From contig JBGANF010000018.1 of assembly GCA_044222475.1 (NCBI GenBank), positions 21,512-85,511 of the forward strand: DNA of 64,000 bases. The letters run 5' to 3'. Below, piece after piece: positions 1 to 9,738 of this stretch (its first letter is position 1; the number at the start of each line of letters is the position of its first letter). The notes beneath the pieces were generated by a model. That model was given only the letters and a program-made list of their open reading frames with translations, was not told the origin of the DNA and ran no database searches. The stretch comes from Polyangiaceae bacterium. Lineage in GTDB: Bacteria > Myxococcota_A > Polyangia > Polyangiales > Polyangiaceae. Position numbers and translations under genes: made by a program.

Positions 1-1538
1 CTGTCGGTGAACTCGCTGAGGAACGTCGACGGCATCTGGAAGCCGAAGCCGAGGCCAGGCGTGAGGTGCGCCGGCGCGATGTGGTAGTCGGCCGAGAGCG
101 CGGCGAAGAACTCCGGCTGGGTCGACGCGTTCGCTGGGACCGTCTGGAACGGGATGAAGCCGGGGACGTTGCGGACGACGAAGTTCAGGTTGCGCATGAT
201 GCCGGTGAGGCTCATGCGGAAGTAACCCGCCTCGAGGACGCCCTGTGCGGCGACTGCGTAGGCGAGCTGGCTCTTCGTCGAACCTTCGACGTCGTAGTCC
301 TTGAGCTTCTGCTGGAGGAAGTCGCCCTCGACGCTCGCGCTCCACTTCACCTTCTCGGGCGTGTACTTCGGGAGCGAGAACACCGTCATCGGTGCGTTCG
401 GGTCGTTGCGGTACAAGAGCAAGTCGACCGACTGCGGGACCGGCATGTTGTCGTGCACGACGAGACGCCCGGCGCCGCCGACGGTGTAGACCGGCTTGCC
501 GCGAACGTCTTCGAGGTCGAGCTTGCCCTGCTGGAAGTAGCCGCCGCTCACGTCGAGGCGGACGTTCTCGTTGAAGTCGACGCCGACGCCGCCGAGGGCG
601 CCGTAGTTCGTCTCACCGACGCGCACGGTCTCGACGTCGTTCTCGCCGCCGGGGTTGAGCAGCTGCACGGGCTCGACGATCGTCGCCGTCTTGAACGCGA
701 CGAATCCGTAGAACCGATCGGGCATGTCGAACTGGATCTTCGCGCCGGGCGACGAGCCCTGGAGGCGGGGGAAGATCGACTGGTTGATCGACGATGCCGA
801 GCCGCCCCAGGTGATGTCGTAGAGGTAGCCGACGCGGAGACGGTCTGCGTCGAGCGGGAGGAACACCGCCGAGAGTCCGCTCGGCTTCTTGTCGTCGCCG
901 CCGGTCCGGTAGAAGACCTTGATGTACGAGCCCGAGTCGTAGAGCGCCTTGTTGAGATCGCCGGTGTTGCCTGCCAACGCCGACAGATCGAAGCGCAGCA
1001 CGACCGCGGCCTCGGTCGTGAGGTTCGGGATGAACCCCGGCATCTTCTTGTACATGACGAGGTGAGTCAGGTTCTCGCGGCCGGCGAAGCGGGAGTTCAG
1101 CGAGTCGAAGAAGAGGCGGTACTGCGGCCGGTCGCCGATCGCGAACGTCGGCGAGAGCGGGATCAGCTGTCCGGTCGGGTGGAGGACGTCGTCGTCACCG
1201 AAGTTCCAGGTGAGACGCGTATCCATGAAGTTGCCGAAGTGGACGCCGGGCGGCGGAGCGCCGACGGTGCGCGCGCCAGCCGTGCCGGTCATCAACGGAT
1301 CGGTCGGTGCGCCGACCGGATCGGGAGGCGGGTCCTTCTTCGCGTGCGTCTCCGGATCGGGAGCGCCGCCATCGATCGCCGGGGGCTTCGTGTCGCCCGT
1401 GCCGTTGCCCGCGCCCACGCCGACGGGAGCCGGCGCGCCGGCATCGGTATCGCTCTGTGCGAACGCGGGGGACGCAATCGTCGCGAAGCTGCATGCGACG
1501 AGGAGGGAGGCGCTGAGAATGCGAAAGGTGGTCGTCAT
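1..1538 (-). CDS. Secreted protein, probable outer-membrane beta-barrel (3' end outside window)
   Basis: Absent from the ORF track because it is truncated; translated manually. ATG at 1538 overlaps the upstream stop (ATGA). Signal peptide MTTTFRILSASLLVACSFATIASPAFA-Q, then a Pro/Gly linker, then many alternating amphipathic strands (GALGGVGVDF, VRLDVSGGYFQQG, WSASVEGDF, LTPGLGFGFQ). Frame is open to base 1. Confidence 0.7.
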   Translation of the reverse strand, partial: MTTTFRILSASLLVACSFATIASPAFAQSDTDAGAPAPVGVGAGNGTGDTKPPAIDGGAPDPETHAKKDPPPDPVGAPTDPLMTGTAGARTVGAPPPGVHFGNFMDTRLTWNFGDDDVLHPTGQLIPLSPTFAIGDRPQYRLFFDSLNSRFAGRENLTHLVMYKKMPGFIPNLTTEAAVVLRFDLSALAGNTGDLNKALYDSGSYIKVFYRTGGDDKKPSGLSAVFLPLDADRLRVGYLYDITWGGSASSINQSIFPRLQGSSPGAKIQFDMPDRFYGFVAFKTATIVEPVQLLNPGGENDVETVRVGETNYGALGGVGVDFNENVRLDVSGGYFQQGKLDLEDVRGKPVYTVGGAGRLVVHDNMPVPQSVDLLLYRNDPNAPMTVFSLPKYTPEKVKWSASVEGDFLQQKLKDYDVEGSTKSQLAYAVAAQGVLEAGYFRMSLTGIMRNLNFVVRNVPGFIPFQTVPANASTQPEFFAALSADYHIAPAHLTPGLGFGFQMPSTFLSEFTD

Positions 1539-3019
1539 GGTAGGTTCGGATCGCGTTCGTTTCGTCGCACACAGGCCACATCGGCAGCGATCGGGCCTTT
1601 GCTCATGTCGAGGATGACGTCGTCGGCGCAGCGCGCCTCGAGGGTGAACTGGTTGCCGCCGGAGAAGTAGCGGAGCGCACCGGTGAAGCTCCGCACGGGC
1701 TTGTCCTTCGAGAGGACGGGATCGAAGTCGGCCGACGCCGAGCCGTTGGCTTGGGCCTTGTTCGTCGTGGTGCCGTCGCTGACGACGAGGGCGAAGTTGC
1801 TCTGGCTGAGATAGCTCTGGAACTCGCTGCACTCGACGTCGGCGGTGCACGCGTTCGAGCACGCGGCCTCGTCGGGATCGGAGAAGTCGACCTTGCCGCT
1901 GCTGTTAAGGTCGCAGTTGCTCGCGTTGTCGGAGGACGCGAACGTGGGCCCCGTCGGCTTGCCCGGACCGAAGTGCTTCCCGACGCGAACGGTGATCGCA
2001 CCCTTCGTCTCGAGGCGCACGAGGCCCGACTCGTTCTTGAAGAGCGTCGTCGTGTCCTTGAGGTCGGCGACTTTCAGCGAGTACGGCTCGGGCACGAGGC
2101 AGTTGCGAGATTTCGGATCCCACGACTCGACGGTCCACGTGGGGAAGCCGATCTCGGTGTAGCCGAAGAAGTCGCTCGCCGTGCCTTGCAGCGCACGGAG
2201 GCGATCGCACACCCCGAGCCGCTGCGGCGCGGAGAACGTGAACATGAAGACGCTCGCGAAGCCGCGGATGTTCTGATCCTGAACGTCGGTCGCATAGAAG
2301 CCGTCACTCGTGATCCCGGTGACGACGACGTCGAAGGCGAAGGTGGCGGTCTCGGGATTGAACCCGGTGTCGACCTTGAGCTGCTCCTTCGGGAACGGAG
2401 TGGCCGTGCCTCCGGTCGCGGTGGCGCCGCGCACGTCTGCGATGCGCGGGAGCGCGTAGTAGAGCGTCTCGCTGACGCCGGTCGCGTACGTTCCGGATCC
2501 CTCGGTGTCGTCGTTCGCCGCGAAGCAGCCCGAGTCGGCGGGGAAGTCGACTGTCCCGTCGCCGTCGTCGTCCACGCCGTTCGAGCACGCCGGCGGCGGC
2601 TTGCGCGTGAGGTCCGTGACCGGCGTGTAGCCGACGTCTTCGGCCCAGAGGTGCACGTCCCCGTAGGCGGCGATGATGGAGACCGGCACGTCGTCGGCGA
2701 TGCCGGCGGTGAGCTTCACGTTGCGGCCGCTCGACCCGTCGCCCGCGGAGTACACGGTGCCGGGTCGGACGCTGAGGCGAACGTATCCGTTGAACCCGGT
2801 GTCGAGGTTGCCGTCGCGGTCGCGCGCCTCGATCTTGATCTTCACCGCGTTCGTCGGGGCGAAGTTGATCGGGATGCGCGCCGCCGGGGAGCCGAAGTTG
2901 CCTTCCTTCCGGGTGACGACGAGGCGCTCGTGGTTCGCGCGATCGGGGAAGGACGAAGCGCACGAGCCGAGGATCGCGGCGAGGGGGAGGAGGAATAGCG
3001 CGGATCGCATGACGGCCAT
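1535..3019 (-). CDS. Cys-rich lipoprotein with a YhcR/ExeM-like OB-fold and Ca-binding DxDxDG motifs
   Basis: Lipobox AILGS-C. The segment VVVTGITSDGFYATD...VFMFT...GVCDRL...GTASDFFGYTEI resembles the OB-fold of extracellular nucleases. Also CSNGVDDDGDGTVDFPADSGC. ATG 3019 overlaps the upstream TGA. Confidence 0.65.
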   Translation of the reverse strand: MAVMRSALFLLPLAAILGSCASSFPDRANHERLVVTRKEGNFGSPAARIPINFAPTNAVKIKIEARDRDGNLDTGFNGYVRLSVRPGTVYSAGDGSSGRNVKLTAGIADDVPVSIIAAYGDVHLWAEDVGYTPVTDLTRKPPPACSNGVDDDGDGTVDFPADSGCFAANDDTEGSGTYATGVSETLYYALPRIADVRGATATGGTATPFPKEQLKVDTGFNPETATFAFDVVVTGITSDGFYATDVQDQNIRGFASVFMFTFSAPQRLGVCDRLRALQGTASDFFGYTEIGFPTWTVESWDPKSRNCLVPEPYSLKVADLKDTTTLFKNESGLVRLETKGAITVRVGKHFGPGKPTGPTFASSDNASNCDLNSSGKVDFSDPDEAACSNACTADVECSEFQSYLSQSNFALVVSDGTTTNKAQANGSASADFDPVLSKDKPVRSFTGALRYFSGGNQFTLEARCADDVILDMSKGPIAADVACVRRNERDPNLP

Positions 3020-5418
3020 CACCTCCCGATCATCTCGATGCGGTTGTCGGTCACGGCGCCGAGCTTGTCGTCGACGCAGGCGATGACCTGGCAGACTTGC
3101 CCGGCGCCGTCGCACGGCCCGAGGTCGGCCAAGCACTCCGGCGTCTGGGAACCCGCGCAGCGCCCCGCGCGGAACGCGGCGACCTGATCGCGACAGTCAC
3201 GTCGCACGCATCGTCCCACGCTGGGATCGCAGCTCGACGCGCTCTTGCAGGTCAGCGAGGCTCCGGTCTGAATCGTTTGGCTCCCGGTGCAGGCGCAGAC
3301 GAAGTTGTTTCCCTCGCTCGCGCAGTCGCCGTCGTTGCCGCACGCCTTGAGCCCCTCCGGCGTACCGGCGTCCTTGCGGTAGCCGCACGGGCGTCCGCCG
3401 CGGATGTAGTCGACGAGCGCGTCGCGCTGCTGGATCTTGGTGTCGAACTGGGTCGTGTTGCGCTGGAGCACGCGGAAACCGGAGCCGCCGGCGGCGAGGT
3501 AGTTCGACGTCGCGAGCTCGTAGAGGTTCGTCTCCTGAACTGGCGAGAGGCAGACGCCCTTCACGCCGTTCGGCTGCTTCGCGCACGAGCCCGGCTGCGG
3601 CTTTCCGTTCCCGTCCGGGCACTCGGCGTCGGACGCGCACGTCTTCGCGTTGCCGTCTCCGTCGAGCGTCGTCCCGATGTACACGTGCTCGGCGCAGGCG
3701 GGGACGTTGCAGACCTTGAGCGCCTGGTCGCAGGCGCCGAGCCCGGCCGACGTGCACTCGTCGTCGGTGGTGCACGCCGAACGGAAGCTCGTTCGCGTGC
3801 AGCCGTCGCAGTTGATGACGACGCGCACCCCCGCCACCTGGGCCTGCGAAGAGCACCCACGGCTCGCCGAGCGGCGGGCGACGAAGTCGAACATCTCCAT
3901 GACCTCGATGCCGGACAGCTGCATCTTCGAGATCGAGTTGTCGAACGGGAAGATGTTGAACATCTGCTCGATCGTCACCGGACCGGGGAGGAGGTCCTGG
4001 CGGATGCCGGTGGTGTTCGTGAGCGAGAAGTCCGTCTGGATGCCGAGGCGGAGCCACGACGCGGTCGCCACGAGGTTGCCGAGTGGCGAGTCACCCCCTT
4101 GGGAGGCGCTGCGCTTCGCGCCCGACGGCGAGAAGCCGGCGAGGATGTTCAGGTCGGCGACGACGGCGAGCTGGCGCTTGTACGGCTCGAGCAGCTCGGC
4201 GGTCTTCGCGTCCTCGGGCACCGAGTCGTTGACCGGGAAGGCCTGGTAGTTGTTCGAGACGACCTCGAAGCCGTTGAGCGGCTCGTAGTGCGAGGGATCG
4301 CCGTCGGGCGTGGCCTCGGCCGGCGTGTTCGAGAGCACGAGATCGAGTCGACCGACGTACTTCGCGAACGCGCCCGAGTGGGCGAGCAGCACCTGCCGCG
4401 GCCGGCACGAACGCTTGAACTGGTACGGGTGGTTCTTCGGATCGGGGTGCTCGGCGTCGTTCGGCGGGGTGCCCCCCGGATCGACCTTGAGGTTCGGATC
4501 GAGCGCCCACACGAACCCGGGCTTCTGCGGATCCGCCGAGCAGTCGCGGATGACCTGCGGTGGGTTGAGGACGATGTGGTTGTGGCTACCGAAGACGACG
4601 TCGATGCCGGTCGTCTCGCGGATCATGCGCTGATCCACCTCGAGCCCGAGGTGGGTCGTGAAGAAGACGACGTCGACGAACGGACGGACGAGGTCGATGT
4701 ACTGCTGCGCCGTCTCGACCGTGTTGATCGGCGTGACGTTGAGCCGGTTCGGTTGATCGAAGATCGACGTGAGGCTCGACAGGTTCGCCATCCCGATGAC
4801 CGCGATCTTGAGACCGCCCTCGTTGAAGATGGAGAACGGCTTCACCACCGTCTGGAGCGGGACGCTCGTCGGGAGCGACGGGTCTTCGAACTTGTAGTTC
4901 GCTGCGAGCACGGCGAACGGCGCCCAGTCGCGGATTTGGCGGTAGACGACGAGCGGCCCCTTGTCGAACTCGTGGTTTGCGATCGCCATCGCGTCGACCC
5001 CGAGCGCGGACTGGATGCGCATCTCAGGTTCGCCGTTGAAGAAGTTGAAGATCGGTGCGCCCTGGAACACGTCCCCGCCGGAGACGTGGATCACGCGGTC
5101 CGACCGGGCTTTCTCCCGCTTCACGATGTACGCCATGCGGGCGGCGCCGCCGACGTTGTGCACCTCGCCGGTCGGCCCGAGGCCCAGGTCGCCGTCGACT
5201 TGGGTGATCAACAGGTCGTACGGGAGGAGGCGCGAGTGGATGTCCGACGTGTGAAGGACGGTGAGGCGGACCTGGCACGTCTGGCCCGGCGGGCACGGGC
5301 TGATCGCGCCGTCTTCGGGGTTGCCGCTGCAGCCGGGTACGGACGAGAGCGCGAACGCCGCGCACACGAGGGCGAACGCGGAGGCACACGCACGGAGGAT
5401 TCGGGACGCCTTGCGCAT
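3019..5418 (-). CDS. Bifunctional metallophosphatase/5'-nucleotidase lipoprotein with Cys-rich inserts
   Basis: Lipobox VPG-C. Metallophos motifs HTSDIH, GGDVFQG, ANHEFD, THLG, GSHNH. 5'-nucleotidase C-domain motifs DSPLGNL, GIRQDL.PGPVT, IFPFDN, ATSNYLAAGGSGF. Confidence 0.9.
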   Translation of the reverse strand: MRKASRILRACASAFALVCAAFALSSVPGCSGNPEDGAISPCPPGQTCQVRLTVLHTSDIHSRLLPYDLLITQVDGDLGLGPTGEVHNVGGAARMAYIVKREKARSDRVIHVSGGDVFQGAPIFNFFNGEPEMRIQSALGVDAMAIANHEFDKGPLVVYRQIRDWAPFAVLAANYKFEDPSLPTSVPLQTVVKPFSIFNEGGLKIAVIGMANLSSLTSIFDQPNRLNVTPINTVETAQQYIDLVRPFVDVVFFTTHLGLEVDQRMIRETTGIDVVFGSHNHIVLNPPQVIRDCSADPQKPGFVWALDPNLKVDPGGTPPNDAEHPDPKNHPYQFKRSCRPRQVLLAHSGAFAKYVGRLDLVLSNTPAEATPDGDPSHYEPLNGFEVVSNNYQAFPVNDSVPEDAKTAELLEPYKRQLAVVADLNILAGFSPSGAKRSASQGGDSPLGNLVATASWLRLGIQTDFSLTNTTGIRQDLLPGPVTIEQMFNIFPFDNSISKMQLSGIEVMEMFDFVARRSASRGCSSQAQVAGVRVVINCDGCTRTSFRSACTTDDECTSAGLGACDQALKVCNVPACAEHVYIGTTLDGDGNAKTCASDAECPDGNGKPQPGSCAKQPNGVKGVCLSPVQETNLYELATSNYLAAGGSGFRVLQRNTTQFDTKIQQRDALVDYIRGGRPCGYRKDAGTPEGLKACGNDGDCASEGNNFVCACTGSQTIQTGASLTCKSASSCDPSVGRCVRRDCRDQVAAFRAGRCAGSQTPECLADLGPCDGAGQVCQVIACVDDKLGAVTDNRIEMIGR

Positions 5419-5466
5419 TGAAGCGCGCGCACCCTACACGTTCTCGCACCGCGCCGGAAGTGGCGA

Positions 5467-7296
5467 TCACTCCTTGTCGTCGGCGCTGCCGCGCAGGAGA
5501 TCGAGGAACCGCGCGCCGAACGCCCGAACCAGGAGCTCCTCCACGTCTTCCGCGAGGTCGCACTCGAGGGCGGCCTTCGCCGCCGCTTCGCACTCGGCCA
5601 GGTCGACGCGCGACAGAGCGGCCTTCACCTCGGGGATCGCGGCCGCTTCCATCGAGAGCCGGCGGAGCCCCAGCCCGACGAGTAGCGGCGCCGCAAGCAC
5701 CTCGGACGCGAACGCGCCGCAGACCGCGACCGGGATCTTCCCCGCCTCTGCCGCCACCGCGACGCCCTTCAACATTCGCAGGATCGCCGGGTGGTACGCG
5801 GACGCGAGCTTCGCGAGCTGGCGGTTCGTGCGGTCGACCGCGAGCGTGTACTGCACGAGGTCGTTCGTGCCGATGCTGAAGAATTCGGCCTCCTTCGCGA
5901 AGACGTCGGCGAGTACCGCGGCCGACGGCACCTCGATCATCATGCCCAGCGAGATCTTCTCGGCCCGCGCGAGCCCGCGGTCGTCCACCTCCTTGATCGC
6001 GCGATCGAGGAGCGTTCGCACCGCTCGCATCTCGTCGACGCTCGCGACCATCGGAACCATGATCCGGACGAGCCCGTGCGCGCTCGCCCGCACCATCGCG
6101 CGGAGCTGCACGAGGAACACGTCCGGCTGGCTCAGCGCGAGGCGCACCGCGCGCAAACCGAGCGCCGGGTTCATCTCCGCTGGAAGCATGAACGTGCTGA
6201 CGAACTTGTCCCCGCCGATGTCGAACGTCCGCAGCGTCACCGGTCGCGGCGCCACCGTCTGCACGATCGCGCGGTACGTCTGGTACTGCTCCTCCTCGTC
6301 CGGCTGCGTCGTGCGGTCGACGTAGAGGAACTCGGTTCGGTAGAGGCCGATCCCTTCGGCGCCGTGGTCGAGCGCGAGCGCGGCCTCTGCGGGCAGCTCC
6401 ACGTTCGCCTTCAGCTGGACGCGCGTCCCGTCGCGGGTCGCGCACGGGCGATCACGCGAGCCGAGGAGGTCCTTGGTGAAGGCTCGATGCCGCGCGGAGC
6501 GGCTCTGCGCTTCGGCGATCTGGACGTCGGTCGGGTTGACCGTGACCTCGCCCCGAAGCCCATCGACGATGACGAGGTCGCCGGTGCGGAGCTCCGCGCA
6601 GATCCCGGGCGTCCCGACCACCGCCGGGATCTCGAGCGCGCGGGCCATGATCGCGGTGTGGCTCGTTCGCGTACCGATCTCGGTCACGAAGCCGAGCGCG
6701 GGCTCCTTGACGAGGCCCGCCGTGTCGGCGGGCGAGAGATCTCGGGCGATGATGATCGAAGGCTCGGTGAGGTGCGGGATCGCGCGGTCGGAGGCGCCGG
6801 TCAGCGCTCGGAGCAAGCGATCGCCGACGAACTCCACGTCGTGGCGCCGCTCCGCGATGTACGGGTCGGTGCCCGACGTGGTGGGGAACAGCTTCGTGAT
6901 CTCCTCGGTAGCCGCCACGACGGCCCACTCGGCGCAGCGCTTCTCTTCGCGGATGTTGCGCTCGATGCGCTCGATCAGCAGCGGGTCGGCGACCATCAGC
7001 ACGTACGCTTCGAGGATCGCGCGCTGATCCGGCGCCGCCTCGCCGCCCACCTTCTGGCCGACCAGGCGGAGGCTCTCTTGCGCGCGCACGACCGCGTCGC
7101 TCACCCGCGCGATCTCGTGCGCGATCTGTGCAGTATGCACGTGTCGTCTGGAGAACACCGTCCGCATGTCGCCGACGACGAGCGCCGGGCCGACGGCGAC
7201 ACCCGGGGAGCCCGCGATGCCGCGCATGACGACCGCCTGCTCGAGCGCGGTGGTGCTCGAGGACGACGGCGGCGGCGTGGACCCCCTCGTGGACAC
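5467..7296 (-). CDS. ptsI: PEP-protein phosphotransferase (PTS enzyme I, no GAF domain)
   Basis: GIAGSPGVAVG, TSHTAIMARALEIPAVVG (phospho-His), EGIGLYRTEFL, RTFDIGGDK, EMNPALGLRAVR, FFSIGTNDLVQY. GTG start chosen just after the ptsH stop. Confidence 0.95.
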   Translation of the reverse strand: MSTRGSTPPPSSSSTTALEQAVVMRGIAGSPGVAVGPALVVGDMRTVFSRRHVHTAQIAHEIARVSDAVVRAQESLRLVGQKVGGEAAPDQRAILEAYVLMVADPLLIERIERNIREEKRCAEWAVVAATEEITKLFPTTSGTDPYIAERRHDVEFVGDRLLRALTGASDRAIPHLTEPSIIIARDLSPADTAGLVKEPALGFVTEIGTRTSHTAIMARALEIPAVVGTPGICAELRTGDLVIVDGLRGEVTVNPTDVQIAEAQSRSARHRAFTKDLLGSRDRPCATRDGTRVQLKANVELPAEAALALDHGAEGIGLYRTEFLYVDRTTQPDEEEQYQTYRAIVQTVAPRPVTLRTFDIGGDKFVSTFMLPAEMNPALGLRAVRLALSQPDVFLVQLRAMVRASAHGLVRIMVPMVASVDEMRAVRTLLDRAIKEVDDRGLARAEKISLGMMIEVPSAAVLADVFAKEAEFFSIGTNDLVQYTLAVDRTNRQLAKLASAYHPAILRMLKGVAVAAEAGKIPVAVCGAFASEVLAAPLLVGLGLRRLSMEAAAIPEVKAALSRVDLAECEAAAKAALECDLAEDVEELLVRAFGARFLDLLRGSADDKE

Positions 7297-7298
7297 CG

Positions 7299-7583
7299 TC
7301 AGCTCCCTTCCCCGAACTTGTCGGCGATGAGCTTGCCGATCGCTTCGACGCACTCGTCGGCCTGCGCCCCCTTCGCCCGCACTTCGACGACCGTGCCCTT
7401 GGCGCCACAAAGGAGGAGCACTCCCATGACGCTCTTGGCGTTCGCCGCCTGCTCGCCTCGCGCAATTTCGACGTCACACGGGAAGCGCGACGCGAGCTGG
7501 ACGAGCTTGGTCGCCGCCCGAGCGTGCAGCCCCAGCTGATTGACGATCGTGAACTCTCGAACCACCCGCGCCTGCTCCGTCAC
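7299..7583 (-). CDS. ptsH: HPr family phosphocarrier protein
   Basis: GLHARAA (His15 motif) and NAKSVMGV (Ser46 motif); 94 aa. Confidence 0.95.
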   Translation of the reverse strand: MTEQARVVREFTIVNQLGLHARAATKLVQLASRFPCDVEIARGEQAANAKSVMGVLLLCGAKGTVVEVRAKGAQADECVEAIGKLIADKFGEGS

Positions 7584-8557
7584 GAGCTGCCCCCTTCCAC
7601 GTTGCGACCGACGTCGCGGTGGACGACGGTCATTGGAAAATCGTTGGTCAACCGGCGCTCGAGCTCGGCGGCGATGGCCACCGAGCGGTGTCGGCCTCCG
7701 GTGCAGCCGATCGCGACGGTGAGGTGGCTCTTGCCCTCGCGCTCGTAGCGCGGGAGGACGTACCGGAGGAGCCCCTCGGTGCGCTCGAGGAACTCGGCGG
7801 CGTCCACCTGCTCGAGGACGTAGTGCGCGACGCGATCATCGGTGCCGGGCAACGGCCGCAGGCTCTCGACGAAGTGAGGGTTCTGGAGGAACCGCACGTC
7901 GAGCACCAGATCGGCCTCGACCGGCGTGCCGTACTTGAACCCGAACGACACGAGGCGCGTCGTCAAGCGCAGCGCGCCACCGGCAGCGGGGCCGAAGCGC
8001 TCCAAAATGGTACGGCGGAGGTCGTGCACCGACAGGTGGGTCGTGTCCACCAGGTGCTTCGCTCGGGCGCGCAGCGGCGAGAGGCGCGTCCGCTCCGCGC
8101 GCACGCCGTCCAGGATCGCGCCGGCGCCACCGGTCCGCTCGCGCGAGAGGGGATGCGGACGCCGCGTCTCGCCGAAGCGCCGGAGGAGCGCCTCGTCCGA
8201 GGCGTCGAGGAAGAGCACCTCCACGTTGCGGGTCATCGCGTCGTCGGGCCGGCTCGGGTTCGCCTGCGCGAGTCGCTCGAGGACGTTCCCGATCTCGCCG
8301 AGGAAGGCGCGCACGCGCACGTCGACGCCGAGCGCGATGCGCGTCATGCCGCCGCGCTCGCACAGGGCGACCGCCTCGGGGGCGAGGACGGGCGGCAGGT
8401 TGTCGATGCAGAAGAACCCGAGATCCTCGAGCGCGTGGAGCGCGGTCGAGCGCCCCGCGCCCGACAGACCGGTGACGACGAGCACGTGCGCCGGGGTCTG
8501 CGGCGCGCCCGGCTCGGACTCGCGTCCAGGATCGGAGGGGCGATCGGGATCGATCAT
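7580..8557 (-). CDS. rapZ: RNase adapter RapZ (YvcJ/YhbJ family)
   Basis: VVTGLSGAGRSTA, EDLGFFCIDNLP, ETRRPHPL, SFGFKYG, DVRFLQNPHF, IGCTGGRHRSV. ATG overlaps the hprK stop. Confidence 0.95.
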   Translation of the reverse strand: MIDPDRPSDPGRESEPGAPQTPAHVLVVTGLSGAGRSTALHALEDLGFFCIDNLPPVLAPEAVALCERGGMTRIALGVDVRVRAFLGEIGNVLERLAQANPSRPDDAMTRNVEVLFLDASDEALLRRFGETRRPHPLSRERTGGAGAILDGVRAERTRLSPLRARAKHLVDTTHLSVHDLRRTILERFGPAAGGALRLTTRLVSFGFKYGTPVEADLVLDVRFLQNPHFVESLRPLPGTDDRVAHYVLEQVDAAEFLERTEGLLRYVLPRYEREGKSHLTVAIGCTGGRHRSVAIAAELERRLTNDFPMTVVHRDVGRNVEGGSS

Positions 8558-9738
8558 TTGCCTCCTCGCGGCGTCGGCGGGTCGATGCGCACCGCCGGGA
8601 TCCACGCGCTGCTCTCTCCCGTGCGCTGTTCCTCCGGTTGCTGCGCGGCGATCGGGCTCGACAGCGGCGCCGGCACGACCGACTCCGGCGCGCTCTCGCG
8701 ATCGGCCGGTAGCGGATCGATGTACGGCGGCGCCTCGCCGGCCCAAGGTGGACGATGCTGGCCGGTCTCGAACGCGAGCCGCGTGCCGTCTCCGCCCTCG
8801 ATCTTCGCGAGGAAGTCTCGCGCCGAGTGCGTGCCGGCCCGACGCAGCAGCTCGTTGCGGGCGGCGATCTCGAGGATCGTCCCCATGTCGCGGCCGGGCC
8901 TGACCGGGACGGTGAGCTCGCGGATCGGTGTCCCAAGTAGGGACAAGTGCTTCTCTTCGAGTCCGAGGCGGTCGTACTCGGCCTTGTCGTCCCAGTCGAC
9001 GAGCCGGACGACGACGTCGATTCGTTTCCGCTCGCTCACGCTCGTCACGCCGAAGAGTGCCTTCACGTTGAGGATGCCGAGCCCGCGGATCTCGAGGTGG
9101 TGTCGCAGCAGGTCCTCGGGCGATCCGAAGACCATCCCCGGTGGGCGCCACTCGCAGCGCACCATGTCGTCGGCGACGAGACGGTGGCCCCGGAGGACGA
9201 GCTCGAGCGCGCACTCGCTCTTGCCGATGCCGCTCTTCCCGAGGAGCAGCAGGCCGACGCCGTAGACGTCGACGAGAACGCCGTGGAGCTTCGTCACCGG
9301 CGCGAGGCGATCGTCGAGGAGCGCGTGGAGCGCGTTGATGGTGCGGCTCGAGCGGCTGTCGGACACGAAGAGCGGAGTCCCCGATGCCTCGGCAGCCTGC
9401 GAGAGGGCCCGCGCCGGATCGCCGGCGCGCGTGAGGACGACGCCGGTGAGGCCGAGTGCGAAGAACCCGCGCGCCGCGAGCCCGCGCCCTTCGATCGTGA
9501 GGGAGTCGAGGTACGAGAGCTCGGTCTCGCCGAGCACCTGGATGCGGGTCGGGACCACGCCGAAGGCGTGACCGGCGAGCGCGAGCCCCGACTTCTGGAC
9601 GCGAGGATGACGGATCGGTCGGTCGAGCCCGGCGGCGCCGGCGACGAGACGGAGCTTCACCCCGAGCTGCGGATCTTCCGCGAGCTGGCGGGCGGTGAAC
9701 TCGTTCGTGCGCTGGGGCGCCGTCGAGGGTGACGTCAC
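8554..9738 (-). CDS. hprK: HPr(Ser) kinase/phosphorylase
   Basis: LHGVLVDVYGVGLLLLGKSGIGKSECALELV.RGHRLVADD, LEIRGLGI, PVRPGR. Confidence 0.95.
   Translation of the reverse strand: MTSPSTAPQRTNEFTARQLAEDPQLGVKLRLVAGAAGLDRPIRHPRVQKSGLALAGHAFGVVPTRIQVLGETELSYLDSLTIEGRGLAARGFFALGLTGVVLTRAGDPARALSQAAEASGTPLFVSDSRSSRTINALHALLDDRLAPVTKLHGVLVDVYGVGLLLLGKSGIGKSECALELVLRGHRLVADDMVRCEWRPPGMVFGSPEDLLRHHLEIRGLGILNVKALFGVTSVSERKRIDVVVRLVDWDDKAEYDRLGLEEKHLSLLGTPIRELTVPVRPGRDMGTILEIAARNELLRRAGTHSARDFLAKIEGGDGTRLAFETGQHRPPWAGEAPPYIDPLPADRESAPESVVPAPLSSPIAAQQPEEQRTGESSAWIPAVRIDPPTPRGGK

Noticed and set aside
66..1670. 534-aa plus-strand ORF and the many other long antisense or alternate-frame ORFs (e.g. 3097-5421, 42026-45436, 60719-62296 portion)
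   Set aside because: Shadow ORFs caused by high GC3 bias. They have Arg/Ala-rich low-information translations and overlap genes with recognisable motifs.
8440..8480. RapZ Walker A reads GLSGAGRS (Arg for Lys)
   Set aside because: This variant occurs in other RapZ/YvcJ homologs, so it is not evidence of inactivation.
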